Source: Patescibacteria group bacterium
Lineage (GTDB): Bacteria; Patescibacteriota; Minisyncoccia; HO2-45-28
Length of the DNA stretch: 42,409 bases
Assembly: GCA_022563755.1 (NCBI GenBank)
Contig: JADFMT010000002.1
Span: forward strand, 1 to 42,409
Direction: 5' to 3'
Under the pieces are notes generated by a model. The model had not been told where the DNA came from, made no database searches, and saw nothing but the letters and a program-made list of their open reading frames with translations. Within the stretch, counting starts at the first letter, position 1. Each line of letters starts with the position of its first letter. Position numbers and translations under genes: made by a program. Positions 34,689 through 42,409 of this stretch are shown in pieces.

Positions 34689-37187
34689 TCACGCATTCTT
34701 GCCATGGCAGTGCTTATACTTAACGGATTTCCCGTCAGGCTTAGTCGCTCCGCACGGACAAGGTTCGTTGCGGCCGACCTTACGAAGTTTTGGGCCTTCC
34801 GCGCCTGTTTTAGCAGGAACATCGTACTTTGAAGGATGCTCACCGATTAGATGCGCTTCTTGGTGGATGGCTTCAAGAGGCTTTTGTTCTATGGCCGGGG
34901 CCTCCACAACGCGAAGTGCCAGAGTTGAAATATGCTCCTCAATAGAACCCTCAAGCTCACGAAAAAGCCGGACAGCTTCATTTTTATATTCAACCAAGGG
35001 ATCACGCTGTCCGTAGGCACGAAGCCGCACGGATGAACGCATATATTCCATAACATCTAAATGCTCCATCCAGAAATGATCAATAGTTTGCAGCCAAAGC
35101 ATCCGTAATATATGCGCAAATTCCTTCTCCCCCATCTCTTCTCTCTTTTTTTCAAAAATATTCGCCTTATCATCTTCAAAGAGTGCTTTACTACGCTCTA
35201 TAATATCGAGGGGTTTTGAAAAAAGCGCCTCCTTTCTTCTGCGATAAATTGCCGTTCTATGTTTATTCATCACGTCGTCATACTCCAGAAGGTGTTTACG
35301 AGTATCGAAGCTAAAACCTTCTACTTTTGCCTGCGCGGATTCCAAGGCGCGCGAGACCATTTTATTCTCTACCGCCTGATCTTCTGGAATGTTAAGCGCT
35401 TTCATCATGCTCTTTATCTTCTCAGATCCAAAAATGCGCAGGAGGTCGTCATCAAACGAAACAAAAAATTGCGTCTCGCCCTTATCGCCTTGACGGCCAG
35501 AACGCCCTCGAAGCTGATTATCAATCCGGCGCGCCTCGTGGCGTTCAGTACCCATTACAAAAAGTCCGCCGGCTTCCCGTACTTTTCTTGCCTCATCGGT
35601 TTCTGGAGGATTACCCCCAAGCACAATATCCACTCCGCGACCGGCCATATTGGTTGCAACCGTAACCGCTCCTAACATACCGGCCTGGGCGATAACTTTT
35701 GCCTCCTCCTCATGGTTTTTTGCATTCAGGAGTTGATGTCTTATACCTTCTTGCTTCAAAAGACTGGAGAGTAGTTCATTTTTCTCAACGGACGCCGTCC
35801 CAATAAGAATCGGCTGTCCCTGTTCACTACGCGCTCTAATTTCTCGAAGCACTGCTTTCCATCTTCCGCTCTCATTCTGAAATACTTTATCCGGAAGATC
35901 GCGTCGAATGAGCGGCAGATTCGTGGGAATCACGACAACTTCCAGATTATAGACTTTGTGAAATTCTTCGGCCGAGGTTTCCGCAGTTCCAGTCATACCA
36001 GAAAGTTTCTTGTAGAGGCGAAAATAATTTTGAAATGTGATCGAGGCTACGGTACGCGATTCTTTCTGGACCATAACCCCCTCCTTTGCCTCAACTGCCT
36101 GGTGTAAACCCTCTCCCCACCGGCGGCCGGGCATCAGACGCCCGGTAAATTCATCCACAATAACCACCTCTCCATTTTTCACCACATAATCTTTATCGCG
36201 ATGATGCAGAGCTTTTGCGCGAACAGCTTGCTCCAAATGATGCACATATTTAATACCCCCTTCGGTATACAGGTTGCTGATTTTGAGCATTTTCTCCACC
36301 CGTTCAATCCCTTCGTCGCTCAAACTTATGGCGCGCAGTTTCTCATCAATTGTATAGTCGCGATCTACCTGAAGCTTTTCGGCCACACCCGTAAATTTCT
36401 GGTAGAGCTCTCCCGATTCTGCATCCGGCGCGGAGATAATCAGTGGAGTGCGCGCCTCGTCAATTAAAATCGAATCGACCTCATCCACAATAGCAAAGTG
36501 ATAATCCCGCCCGGATATCTGCTCGGGGCTGTAGGCTAAGTTGTCTCTAAGAAAATCAAAGCCAAATTCGTTGTTCGTCCCATAGGTGATATCGGCCGCG
36601 TAAGCCTCTTTTCGCGGGCAGGGCCGCAAAAATTCATGGATAACCTGAAATGAACCTTGCCTGTCGCGTTCCTCATCTTTACTTGTATGACTTTCGTCAT
36701 ATATATAACCCGCCTCGTGATTAATACATCCGATCGTAAGACCCAATGCATGATATATCTGCCCCATCCATACCGTATCGCGACGCGCCAAATAATCATT
36801 CACCGTTACGATGTGTACTCCTTTTCCGTAAATAGCATTCAAATAAGCAGGTAGGGTGGCAACCAGTGTTTTTCCTTCTCCGGTTTTCATCTCAGAGATT
36901 TTTCCTTGGTGAATGATAATGCCTCCTAAAAGCTGAACATCAAAGTGTCGCTGGCCAAGTGTGCGTTTGGCTGCTTCGCGAACGGCTGCAAACGCTTCGG
37001 GTAATAATGCGTCCAGCGTTACTCCTGCGCCTAGCTTTTTTTTAAATTCAGCGGTTTTAGACTTCAATTCGCCGTCCGCCAATTTATCAAATTCACCTTC
37101 TTTTGCATTAATCTCTGCAAGAGTACCCTTAAATCCTTTAAGAAAACGTGCGTTTGAGTCCCAAAAAATCTTAGCAAATAGTGCCAT
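34689..37187 (-). CDS. secA: Preprotein translocase ATPase SecA
   Basis: 832 aa. It has MKTGEGKTLVATLP (Walker A), AIVDEVDSILIDEARTPLIIS (DEAD), TNMAGRGVDI and a C-terminal zinc motif CPCGATKPDGKSVKYKHCHG. Confidence 0.97.
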   Translation of the reverse strand: MALFAKIFWDSNARFLKGFKGTLAEINAKEGEFDKLADGELKSKTAEFKKKLGAGVTLDALLPEAFAAVREAAKRTLGQRHFDVQLLGGIIIHQGKISEMKTGEGKTLVATLPAYLNAIYGKGVHIVTVNDYLARRDTVWMGQIYHALGLTIGCINHEAGYIYDESHTSKDEERDRQGSFQVIHEFLRPCPRKEAYAADITYGTNNEFGFDFLRDNLAYSPEQISGRDYHFAIVDEVDSILIDEARTPLIISAPDAESGELYQKFTGVAEKLQVDRDYTIDEKLRAISLSDEGIERVEKMLKISNLYTEGGIKYVHHLEQAVRAKALHHRDKDYVVKNGEVVIVDEFTGRLMPGRRWGEGLHQAVEAKEGVMVQKESRTVASITFQNYFRLYKKLSGMTGTAETSAEEFHKVYNLEVVVIPTNLPLIRRDLPDKVFQNESGRWKAVLREIRARSEQGQPILIGTASVEKNELLSSLLKQEGIRHQLLNAKNHEEEAKVIAQAGMLGAVTVATNMAGRGVDIVLGGNPPETDEARKVREAGGLFVMGTERHEARRIDNQLRGRSGRQGDKGETQFFVSFDDDLLRIFGSEKIKSMMKALNIPEDQAVENKMVSRALESAQAKVEGFSFDTRKHLLEYDDVMNKHRTAIYRRRKEALFSKPLDIIERSKALFEDDKANIFEKKREEMGEKEFAHILRMLWLQTIDHFWMEHLDVMEYMRSSVRLRAYGQRDPLVEYKNEAVRLFRELEGSIEEHISTLALRVVEAPAIEQKPLEAIHQEAHLIGEHPSKYDVPAKTGAEGPKLRKVGRNEPCPCGATKPDGKSVKYKHCHGKNA

Positions 37188-37233
37188 AAAACAAGCCTTA
37201 TTTTAGCACGTTTTTGCACTTACGGAAAGTGCC

Positions 37234-37265
37234 AAAAAATAAAAGCGGAACCTTTGCGGTTCCGC
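37234..37265 (-). terminator. Strong rho-independent terminator after speH, before secA
   Basis: On the minus strand, gcggaacc-gcaaa-ggttccgc is followed by ttttatttttt. Confidence 0.75.
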
Positions 37266-37272
37266 TTTTACG

Positions 37273-37656
37273 CTAGCCAGGCCCAATATGTTCGAGGACA
37301 TTCCGCTTCGAACAATTTAGGTCTGGCTGAAAAACCCCTCGTAAATAATCGGCAGCTTTGATCGGATCGGCTTTCTTTCCACATGTAGAAATATCTACAC
37401 GAATATAGCCGCGTTCGGGCCAACCATGGACATGGACTGTAAGATGCGATTCGGAAAGCTGCAGCGTGGCGGTTAATCCTTGTGGAGAAAATTCATGTTT
37501 GAGTGGTTGCGCTCCCTCTTCCACAACCTTTACTCCAGCAACTTTCGCCGCTTCCCTCATGATCACAAGCATTTCCTCAGGATCCTGAGGAAGACAGCGA
37601 CAATGGAAAAGGTCATCGATAACGGTTGTGCCATAATGAACGCCCTCTGTCGTCAT
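37273..37656 (-). CDS. speH: S-adenosylmethionine decarboxylase proenzyme (SpeH type)
   Basis: It has LQLSESHLTVHVHGWPERGYIRVDISTCG, the ESH self-cleavage site and (T)WPE motif of class 1 AdoMetDC. AAGGAGG lies 6 nt upstream of the ATG. Confidence 0.85.
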   Translation of the reverse strand: MTTEGVHYGTTVIDDLFHCRCLPQDPEEMLVIMREAAKVAGVKVVEEGAQPLKHEFSPQGLTATLQLSESHLTVHVHGWPERGYIRVDISTCGKKADPIKAADYLRGVFQPDLNCSKRNVLEHIGPG

Positions 37657-37749
37657 TTCCCGCCTCCTTATTTTATGGTTGTGGTTTATTTAACCAAAAG
37701 GTACAACTAAAAATACAGTGTAGCGTTTTACTCACAAAAATCAAGACAG

Positions 37750-38325
37750 TCAAGGCTGTGGAAAACTAAAAAGAAAAACGGCTGCCGCAAATACCGTTGT
37801 CCACCATCCGTTCTTATTCACGCGTGCGGTTTGCGTTATGTTAAAGGTTTTTACAATTTTGCCAGACATCTTAAATACTTTCTCTCGTTCATCCCAAGAA
37901 ATATTTGGATCAAAATGAAGTCCAAGCGTAGCTGCAAGCATTTGCGCGGCAAGATCTTCTGCGTAATCCCCTGCATTCTGTTTTACCTTGCCGAAACCAT
38001 GGAATTCAGAAAGATAGCCGTACTGTTTCGTATCTTTAGGCACTGCAGCGCCAATAGAAGCGGCTAGCAGTCTGCCCGGTTCGTTCGAAGAAATTCGTGC
38101 ATGCACACTAAAAAGAATGCTGCCTTCTTTTCCTTTTAAATTTCCCAAACCTTCCTCGCGACTAATCCGCTTGCACCCAACGGGCAAAATACTTGAGAGC
38201 GATGATAATAAGTTAAACGGCGCAATACCTGCGTGGCGAAGGGCAACTTCAAATGAAGTTAATTCCTCTTTGTGCGCCCCAACACCTCGGGTAAAAAAAA
38301 CTTTCTCAGGCATCCAAATATTCAT
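37750..38325 (-). CDS. pdaD: Pyruvoyl-dependent arginine decarboxylase
   Basis: It has [40 protein letters not shown] (PdaD self-processing Ser-Ser region) and a C-terminal TTVFAAAVF. Its start overlaps the hpf stop by 4 bp. Confidence 0.85.
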   Translation of the reverse strand: MNIWMPEKVFFTRGVGAHKEELTSFEVALRHAGIAPFNLLSSLSSILPVGCKRISREEGLGNLKGKEGSILFSVHARISSNEPGRLLAASIGAAVPKDTKQYGYLSEFHGFGKVKQNAGDYAEDLAAQMLAATLGLHFDPNISWDEREKVFKMSGKIVKTFNITQTARVNKNGWWTTVFAAAVFLFSFPQP

Positions 38326-38648
38326 CGGGAGTGTCTTTCTTTGTATTTTTTAATCTCGCCTAGAAGCTCGTACTTTACCTCGTCCACCGAAGCACGCAGA
38401 CTCTCGGTAAGTGCTTCTGCTCGCAGCATTTTCTTCTGGTAGGGCAGCGAGAGCTGCGCCTCGGCTCGCCATATCTTTCCTTTTCGATGATGCCGAGTGG
38501 TACGCGCAAGCTCGATATCAAACTGAATATCAGCCTTCTCGTCCAAGCGTTTCAAAAGCTTGGTGACTGGCCTTACTAGTTTTTCCTCAATTAGCGCCTC
38601 GACTGCGGGTGAGCGCCCAAAGTTCGTGGTTTTGATTAATATACGCAT
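38322..38648 (-). CDS. hpf: Ribosome hibernation promoting factor / S30AE family (short form)
   Basis: 108 aa with a beta-alpha-beta-beta-beta-alpha pattern. [22 protein letters not shown]...[18 protein letters not shown] is typical of the HPF/RaiA family. Confidence 0.8.
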   Translation of the reverse strand: MRILIKTTNFGRSPAVEALIEEKLVRPVTKLLKRLDEKADIQFDIELARTTRHHRKGKIWRAEAQLSLPYQKKMLRAEALTESLRASVDEVKYELLGEIKKYKERHSR

Positions 38649-38675
38649 ATCTCTAAAATATCACTATATATTCAA

Positions 38676-38710
38676 AAACAAAACAGTCGCCCTAGGCGAC
38701 TGTTTTGTTT
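38676..38710 (-). terminator. 16-bp perfect hairpin upstream of hpf and downstream of the paralogue array
   Basis: aaacaaaacagtcgcc cta ggcgactgttttgttt, with T-rich distal stem and flank on both strands. A second small palindrome ccgctcatgagcgg is adjacent. Confidence 0.55.
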
Positions 38711-39004
38711 CCGCTCATGAGCGGATGTTTGTTAGCGGCGGCTTTTTCGTCGTTTCTTCGGAGCCGCTTTCTTCTTTTTTCTTTTCACCATCAGTCTAGA
38801 CTATTTAATCTTGCAACAAACATCGACCGCGGTATGTTCGTTGTTCCAATAATACATGCAGAGCGTAAAAAAATTTGAAAAATCTTTTTACTTTTCTACT
38901 CCCAAGGTGCATCTATATTTATTATCCCAAACTTGAAACACAAAAACAACGAAAAACAACCAAAACTGTGGATAACTTCCAATTTTTCGCTACAAGAAAA
39001 TCTA

Positions 39005-39712
39005 TCACAATTTCTCTTCAATATCTTGAATTTCTTTCTCCATGTTTCGCCCTAACGTATCGAGTTCGCGAAGAACATGTTCTTTCCGGGCGCGTTCATC
39101 GGCTGAAAGTTTTTTCCCAGACAATTCTAAAATACGGAGTTCATCTAAAAGGTCGCGACGAAGTTCTGAGAGTCCTTCGCGAACCGAATCCTTAGCTTCC
39201 CTAATTTCCTTCGTTAGCAATCGCGCATTCAGTCGCTTTACTTTCCATGAAAAATACCAAAAAGCAGCTATACCCAAAGCCAATAAAACGACCACTAAAA
39301 ACGAAAGGAATGCGAATTTTATATTGATACCGCCAACCGTAATCCCAGAGACAATGGCCTTAAATACTCGCGGATTTGACCAGCTAGACGCGCTATCTTT
39401 GGCATGTAAAAGTCGCGCCCGCACTTCCCAATCGCCAGCCGTAAGCGGAACTTTCTCAGCAAGCACCCATTCGCCATTCACGTCGCTTCGCACGGTAAAA
39501 CGCACAGGCCGCGCGCCTTGCTTAGTTAGCTGAATTTGTACCGCAGAGTTCGGCCTAGAGACCCCTTCAATGTAGAGAATCTCATCCAATGGATAATACA
39601 CATCGGGGCTGATATTAATCGTAGGCGCAGGCAGATGCTCTGCGGCAATGAGAGTACCTGCAAATAAAAGAACCAAAGAAAGAGAGAAAGAGAATAATTT
39701 GAAAAGCTTCAT
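39005..39712 (-). CDS. Paralogue 1 of the tandem array: signal peptide, Ig-like ectodomain, one TM helix, cytoplasmic helical tail
   Basis: 235 aa. The signal peptide is MKLFKLFSFSLSLVLLFAGTLIAA. Ectodomain motifs are HLPAPTINISPDVYYPLDEILYIEG..NGEWVLAEKVPLTAGDWEVRAR..WSNPR. The TM helix is FAFLSFLVVVLLALGIAAFWYF, followed by a basic stretch. The tail has LSELRRDLLDEL...LSADERARKEHVLREL. Its start shares 1 nt with the stop of paralogue 2 (TAATG). Confidence 0.8.
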   Translation of the reverse strand: MKLFKLFSFSLSLVLLFAGTLIAAEHLPAPTINISPDVYYPLDEILYIEGVSRPNSAVQIQLTKQGARPVRFTVRSDVNGEWVLAEKVPLTAGDWEVRARLLHAKDSASSWSNPRVFKAIVSGITVGGINIKFAFLSFLVVVLLALGIAAFWYFSWKVKRLNARLLTKEIREAKDSVREGLSELRRDLLDELRILELSGKKLSADERARKEHVLRELDTLGRNMEKEIQDIEEKL

Positions 39713-40365
39713 TAAATGTCCTTTAGCCTTCGATTAATTTCTCTTTCAACATGTTCAAGATCGCGCAATAACTTATCGCGATGTTCTTCTTCTTCTTTAG
39801 AAAGTGATCGTTTTCGCGCTAAATGCCGAAGCTCTTCGGCAACATTGCGGCGAAGTTCTGAAAAATCCTGCTCGATCTGGAGCCCGGTTTTTTCGCGAGC
39901 AACCTGGCGCATTCGAAAGAAAAGATAAAAAATGACACCGGCGGCAATCATTAAAAGAAATGCAATCGCGCTAAATCTTATATTCACCCTGCCAATGGTG
40001 ACTCCGGTGATAATAGATTTAATTATCCGCGGGTTTGACCAAAGAGAGGTTCTCTCAGCCTCGATGACGCGAGCACGAACCTCCCAGTTCCCTCCTTCCA
40101 GCGGAACTCTTTCAGCGAGCACCCATTCGCCGTTTTGGTCACTTCTCGTAACCAGTTTTAACGGTTTTGCTCCTGGTTTTAAAAATTGGATTTGAAGAGT
40201 CGCATTCGGTTTTGCCCTCCCCTCAAGATATAAAATTTCGTCCACGGGATAATAAATATCAGGGTTGACATAAATGGTTGGGGTCGGCAAATCAAAGGCG
40301 GCCGAGGCAACTCCGACAAAAAGAAGAAAAAGGACGACAATAACTGAATAATGATATCTAGTCAT
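39712..40365 (-). CDS. Paralogue 2 of the tandem array (same architecture)
   Basis: 217 aa. It has DLPTPTIYVNPDIYYPVDEILYLEGRAKPN..NGEWVLAERVPLEGGNWEVRAR..WSNPR, a TM helix, and the tail IEQDFSELRRNVAEELRHL..LSKEEEEHRDKLLRDL. It has an ATGA overlap with paralogue 3. Confidence 0.8.
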   Translation of the reverse strand: MTRYHYSVIVVLFLLFVGVASAAFDLPTPTIYVNPDIYYPVDEILYLEGRAKPNATLQIQFLKPGAKPLKLVTRSDQNGEWVLAERVPLEGGNWEVRARVIEAERTSLWSNPRIIKSIITGVTIGRVNIRFSAIAFLLMIAAGVIFYLFFRMRQVAREKTGLQIEQDFSELRRNVAEELRHLARKRSLSKEEEEHRDKLLRDLEHVEREINRRLKDI

Positions 40366-41057
40366 AGAATGTCTCTTAATTTTTTCTCAATTGACTGTTC
40401 GGCTTCGCGAAGTCCTCTTAAAAGATGTTGGCGGTGATCCTCTTCTTTTGAGGAGAGCGGTCCCTGTCCGGCGCGTTCGGTTAAATGTTCGAGCTCGTCT
40501 AAAATGTTTCGCCTGAGCTCGGCAAAATTTTGCTCAATTAATACTTCGGCAGCTTCGCGCTCTTTCTCGCGCGTGACTTTCTTTACCCGTAAAAAGAAAT
40601 ACAAAATGGCAGCACCGCTTAAAATTAAGATGATAATCAAAAGAAAAATCAAAAAAGAAAATTTAATTGCAGCACCCCCAATACTCACGCCCGTTGCAAT
40701 CACGCGAATGATTCGCGGATTTGAGAAAGCAGATCCCAGTCCTGAACTTTCAATGATGCGCACTCGCACTTCCCAATTTCCGGCATTTAAAGGAACTTTC
40801 TGGGCAAACACCCATTCGCCGTTTATATCGCCCCTTACAATAAATTTTAAAGGCTTTGCGCCATCTTTTCGAAAGTTCACCTCAACATTGGTATTTGGCC
40901 GCGCTCTGCCCTCCAGATATAAAATTTCATCAAAGGGGTAATAGATATCCGGATTTACACCAATGGTTGGCGCGGGTAGATGCCTCACAGCAATTCCGGC
41001 CTCAGGAAATAAAAAAAACAAAGAAACAATCACGAGTAAAATAAGAAACGGTTTCAT
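40362..41057 (-). CDS. Paralogue 3 of the tandem array (same architecture)
   Basis: 231 aa. It has HLPAPTIGVNPDIYYPFDEILYLEGRARPN..NGEWVFAQKVPLNAGNWEVRVR..FSNPR, a TM helix, and the tail IEQNFAELRRNILDELEHL..LSSKEEDHRQHLLRGL. It has an ATGA overlap with paralogue 4. Confidence 0.8.
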   Translation of the reverse strand: MKPFLILLVIVSLFFLFPEAGIAVRHLPAPTIGVNPDIYYPFDEILYLEGRARPNTNVEVNFRKDGAKPLKFIVRGDINGEWVFAQKVPLNAGNWEVRVRIIESSGLGSAFSNPRIIRVIATGVSIGGAAIKFSFLIFLLIIILILSGAAILYFFLRVKKVTREKEREAAEVLIEQNFAELRRNILDELEHLTERAGQGPLSSKEEDHRQHLLRGLREAEQSIEKKLRDIL

Positions 41058-41758
41058 GAAATATTTTCTATTTTTTTCTTAATCGTTTCCTCGACCTCTT
41101 TAAGCTCGCGCAAAAGATGCTCGCGATGTTCTTTTTCTTCCTCGCTTAATTTTCCATCTTTCAAGCGTTTTTCTATATGCTCTAACTCTTGAGTAATTTT
41201 TGCTCGAAGCTCGGCAAAATTCTGATCAATGACTGCGCCCACAGACTCAAGTTCTTTTTTGCGAAGCGCCTCTTGAAATTTTTCCTTCATGCGACGCGCT
41301 TGGATCATATAATACCATGCGCCTGCCGCAGAAATGATCAAAAGAATGACAATAATAAACGTAAGAAGAGCAAATTTAATCGTAACACTGCCAATTGTAA
41401 TTCCGGTAACAATTACTTTAAAAATGCGTGGGTTGGACCACGTAGATACCGCCCCTGAACTCTCGGCTACGCGCGCTCTTACCTGCCAATCTCCTTTCTC
41501 TAATGGGACTTTCTCCGCAAACACCCATTCTCCATTCCCATCGCTCTTTGAGGTAAGCGTAATCGGTTTTGCGCCCTGCTTTTGAAACTGAATCTGAACC
41601 GTGGAATTTGGCCGTGCTCGTCCTTCCAGATACAAAATTTCATCCCCGGCGTAATAAATATCCGGGCGAATCGCAATAGATGGGATTGGCAAATGCCCTG
41701 CAGCCCATCCCATCTTCGCAAAAAATATCATTGCAAGAAGAATTAGAATTTTTTTCAT
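41054..41758 (-). CDS. Paralogue 4 of the tandem array (same architecture)
   Basis: 234 aa. It has HLPIPSIAIRPDIYYAGDEILYLEGRARPN..NGEWVFAEKVPLEKGDWQVRAR..WSNPR, a TM helix, and the tail IDQNFAELRAKITQELEHI..LSEEEKEHREHLLREL. It has an ATGA overlap with paralogue 5. Confidence 0.8.
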   Translation of the reverse strand: MKKILILLAMIFFAKMGWAAGHLPIPSIAIRPDIYYAGDEILYLEGRARPNSTVQIQFQKQGAKPITLTSKSDGNGEWVFAEKVPLEKGDWQVRARVAESSGAVSTWSNPRIFKVIVTGITIGSVTIKFALLTFIIVILLIISAAGAWYYMIQARRMKEKFQEALRKKELESVGAVIDQNFAELRAKITQELEHIEKRLKDGKLSEEEKEHREHLLRELKEVEETIKKKIENIS

Positions 41759-42409
41759 GTCATGTTGTTTAACCGTTTCTCAATTTTTTCCTCGCACTCA
41801 CGTAAATCCTTAAATAACTTTTCGCGGTGGTTTTCTTCTTCTGCTGAAAGCCTCTTGCCGCCGTGCCTTTTTTCTAGATGTTCTAACTCTTCCATAATAC
41901 TTTCTCGAAGTTCATTAAAATCCTGTTCGAGGTGCGCTTGAGTGGCTTCGTGTTCCTTCTCGCGTACTTTTTGCTCAAGCGCTTCGGTTTTTTGACGAGT
42001 CTCCTGCTCGAACACCAAACGCTGAATCTTGCGTATACGCAAGACGGAATAGACAAAAAGCGCGATGCCCAATGCAAGAATGAAGATAAGAAGCAGAATG
42101 ATCGGCACATATCGTATTTTAATGGACCCGAATAGAAAGCCTGAGACCACTGAACGAATAATCCGAGGATTTGACCAATCAGAAATTCCGGGATTATTGA
42201 TGACTCGTGCCCTGACGGTCCATTCACCGCGCGCAAGCTCCAGGCGATCGGCGAAAAACCATTCTCCATTCGAGTTTACCGCAACCTGCAAGCGAACCGG
42301 CTGTCTATCTGGTTTTTCAAAAAATAATTCTACCTCAGATAGGGAAGTCGCGATTCCTTCAATATAGAGCGTCTCTTCTAGAGGGTAGTATTTAGTCGGC
42401 GCAACACTA
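41755..42409 (-). CDS. Paralogue 5 of the tandem array, partial (N-terminus beyond the right window edge), more divergent
   Basis: The reading frame stays open upstream of the tracked TTG at 42291. Hand translation from 42408 gives SVAPTKYYPLEETLYIEGIATSLSEVELFFEKPDRQPVRLQVAVNSNGEWFFADRLELARGEWTVRARV..WSNPR, a TM helix, then LEQDFNELRESIMEELEHL..LSAEEENHREKLFKDL. Confidence 0.75.
   Translation of the reverse strand, partial: SVAPTKYYPLEETLYIEGIATSLSEVELFFEKPDRQPVRLQVAVNSNGEWFFADRLELARGEWTVRARVINNPGISDWSNPRIIRSVVSGFLFGSIKIRYVPIILLLIFILALGIALFVYSVLRIRKIQRLVFEQETRQKTEALEQKVREKEHEATQAHLEQDFNELRESIMEELEHLEKRHGGKRLSAEEENHREKLFKDLRECEEKIEKRLNNMT

Noticed and set aside
34004-37206. Multiple ORFs on both strands overlapping the CcdA-like gene and secA (for example 34004..34444, 35259..35675, 36201..36467, 36536..36799, 36961..37206)
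   Set aside because: They overlap long ORFs with unambiguous family signatures and have no motifs of their own. Some lie in alternative frames of the coding strand and others are antisense, as expected for shadow ORFs.
38800-39004. Possible replication origin (perfect DnaA box at 38967-38975 in an AT-rich 210-bp spacer with aaaaacaac direct repeats)
   Set aside because: There is only a single consensus box, no cluster, and no dnaA or dnaN nearby. The other perfect boxes are kilobases away, one of them inside a coding region. This is insufficient for an oriC call.

Overview
This 42.4 kb window is a densely coding chromosomal segment. My inference is a small-genome CPR/Patescibacteria-type (Parcubacteria-like) bacterium using the standard genetic code, since TGA terminates conserved genes such as dnaB. 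Most genes are housekeeping: dnaB, recR, ftsQ-like, serS, ddl, trmD, a KH protein, frr, holB-like, mreB, murA, dnaE, thrS, miaA, gatB, efp, secA, speH, pdaD and hpf. There is one 16S rRNA gene with no 23S gene on its 3' side in this window, plus tRNA-Ala(UGC) and tRNA-Ile(GAU). Accessory content: (i) a partial, very large surface protein at the left edge with an N-terminal HTH, one TM helix, a tail-fibre-like region and 51-aa tandem repeats; (ii) an extracytoplasmic thiol-redox cluster (CcdA, HCX5R phosphatase, TlpA-like thioredoxin, DUF3179, zinc ribbon, glutaredoxin, ArsR); (iii) a P-loop/HAD/P-loop trio that may act in nucleotide salvage; (iv) two glycoside hydrolases and a DMT transporter; (v) a second CcdA-like membrane protein with an untracked 55-aa Cys-rich ORF and a Cas4-like nuclease. 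The most unusual locus is at the right edge (39005 to the window end). It holds at least five translationally coupled paralogous genes, each encoding signal peptide, Ig-like ectodomain, single TM helix and a conserved cytoplasmic helical tail. I cannot assign this architecture to any characterised family. Other notable points are a 16S 3' tail without the CCUCC anti-Shine-Dalgarno core, SD-poor and apparently leaderless gene starts, a ~40-nt 16S helix expansion, a duplicated ~115-bp intergenic element carrying a conserved 22-codon ORF, and a ThrRS lacking its editing domain. All calls rest on reading the sequence and ORF translations by eye. No database search was run.
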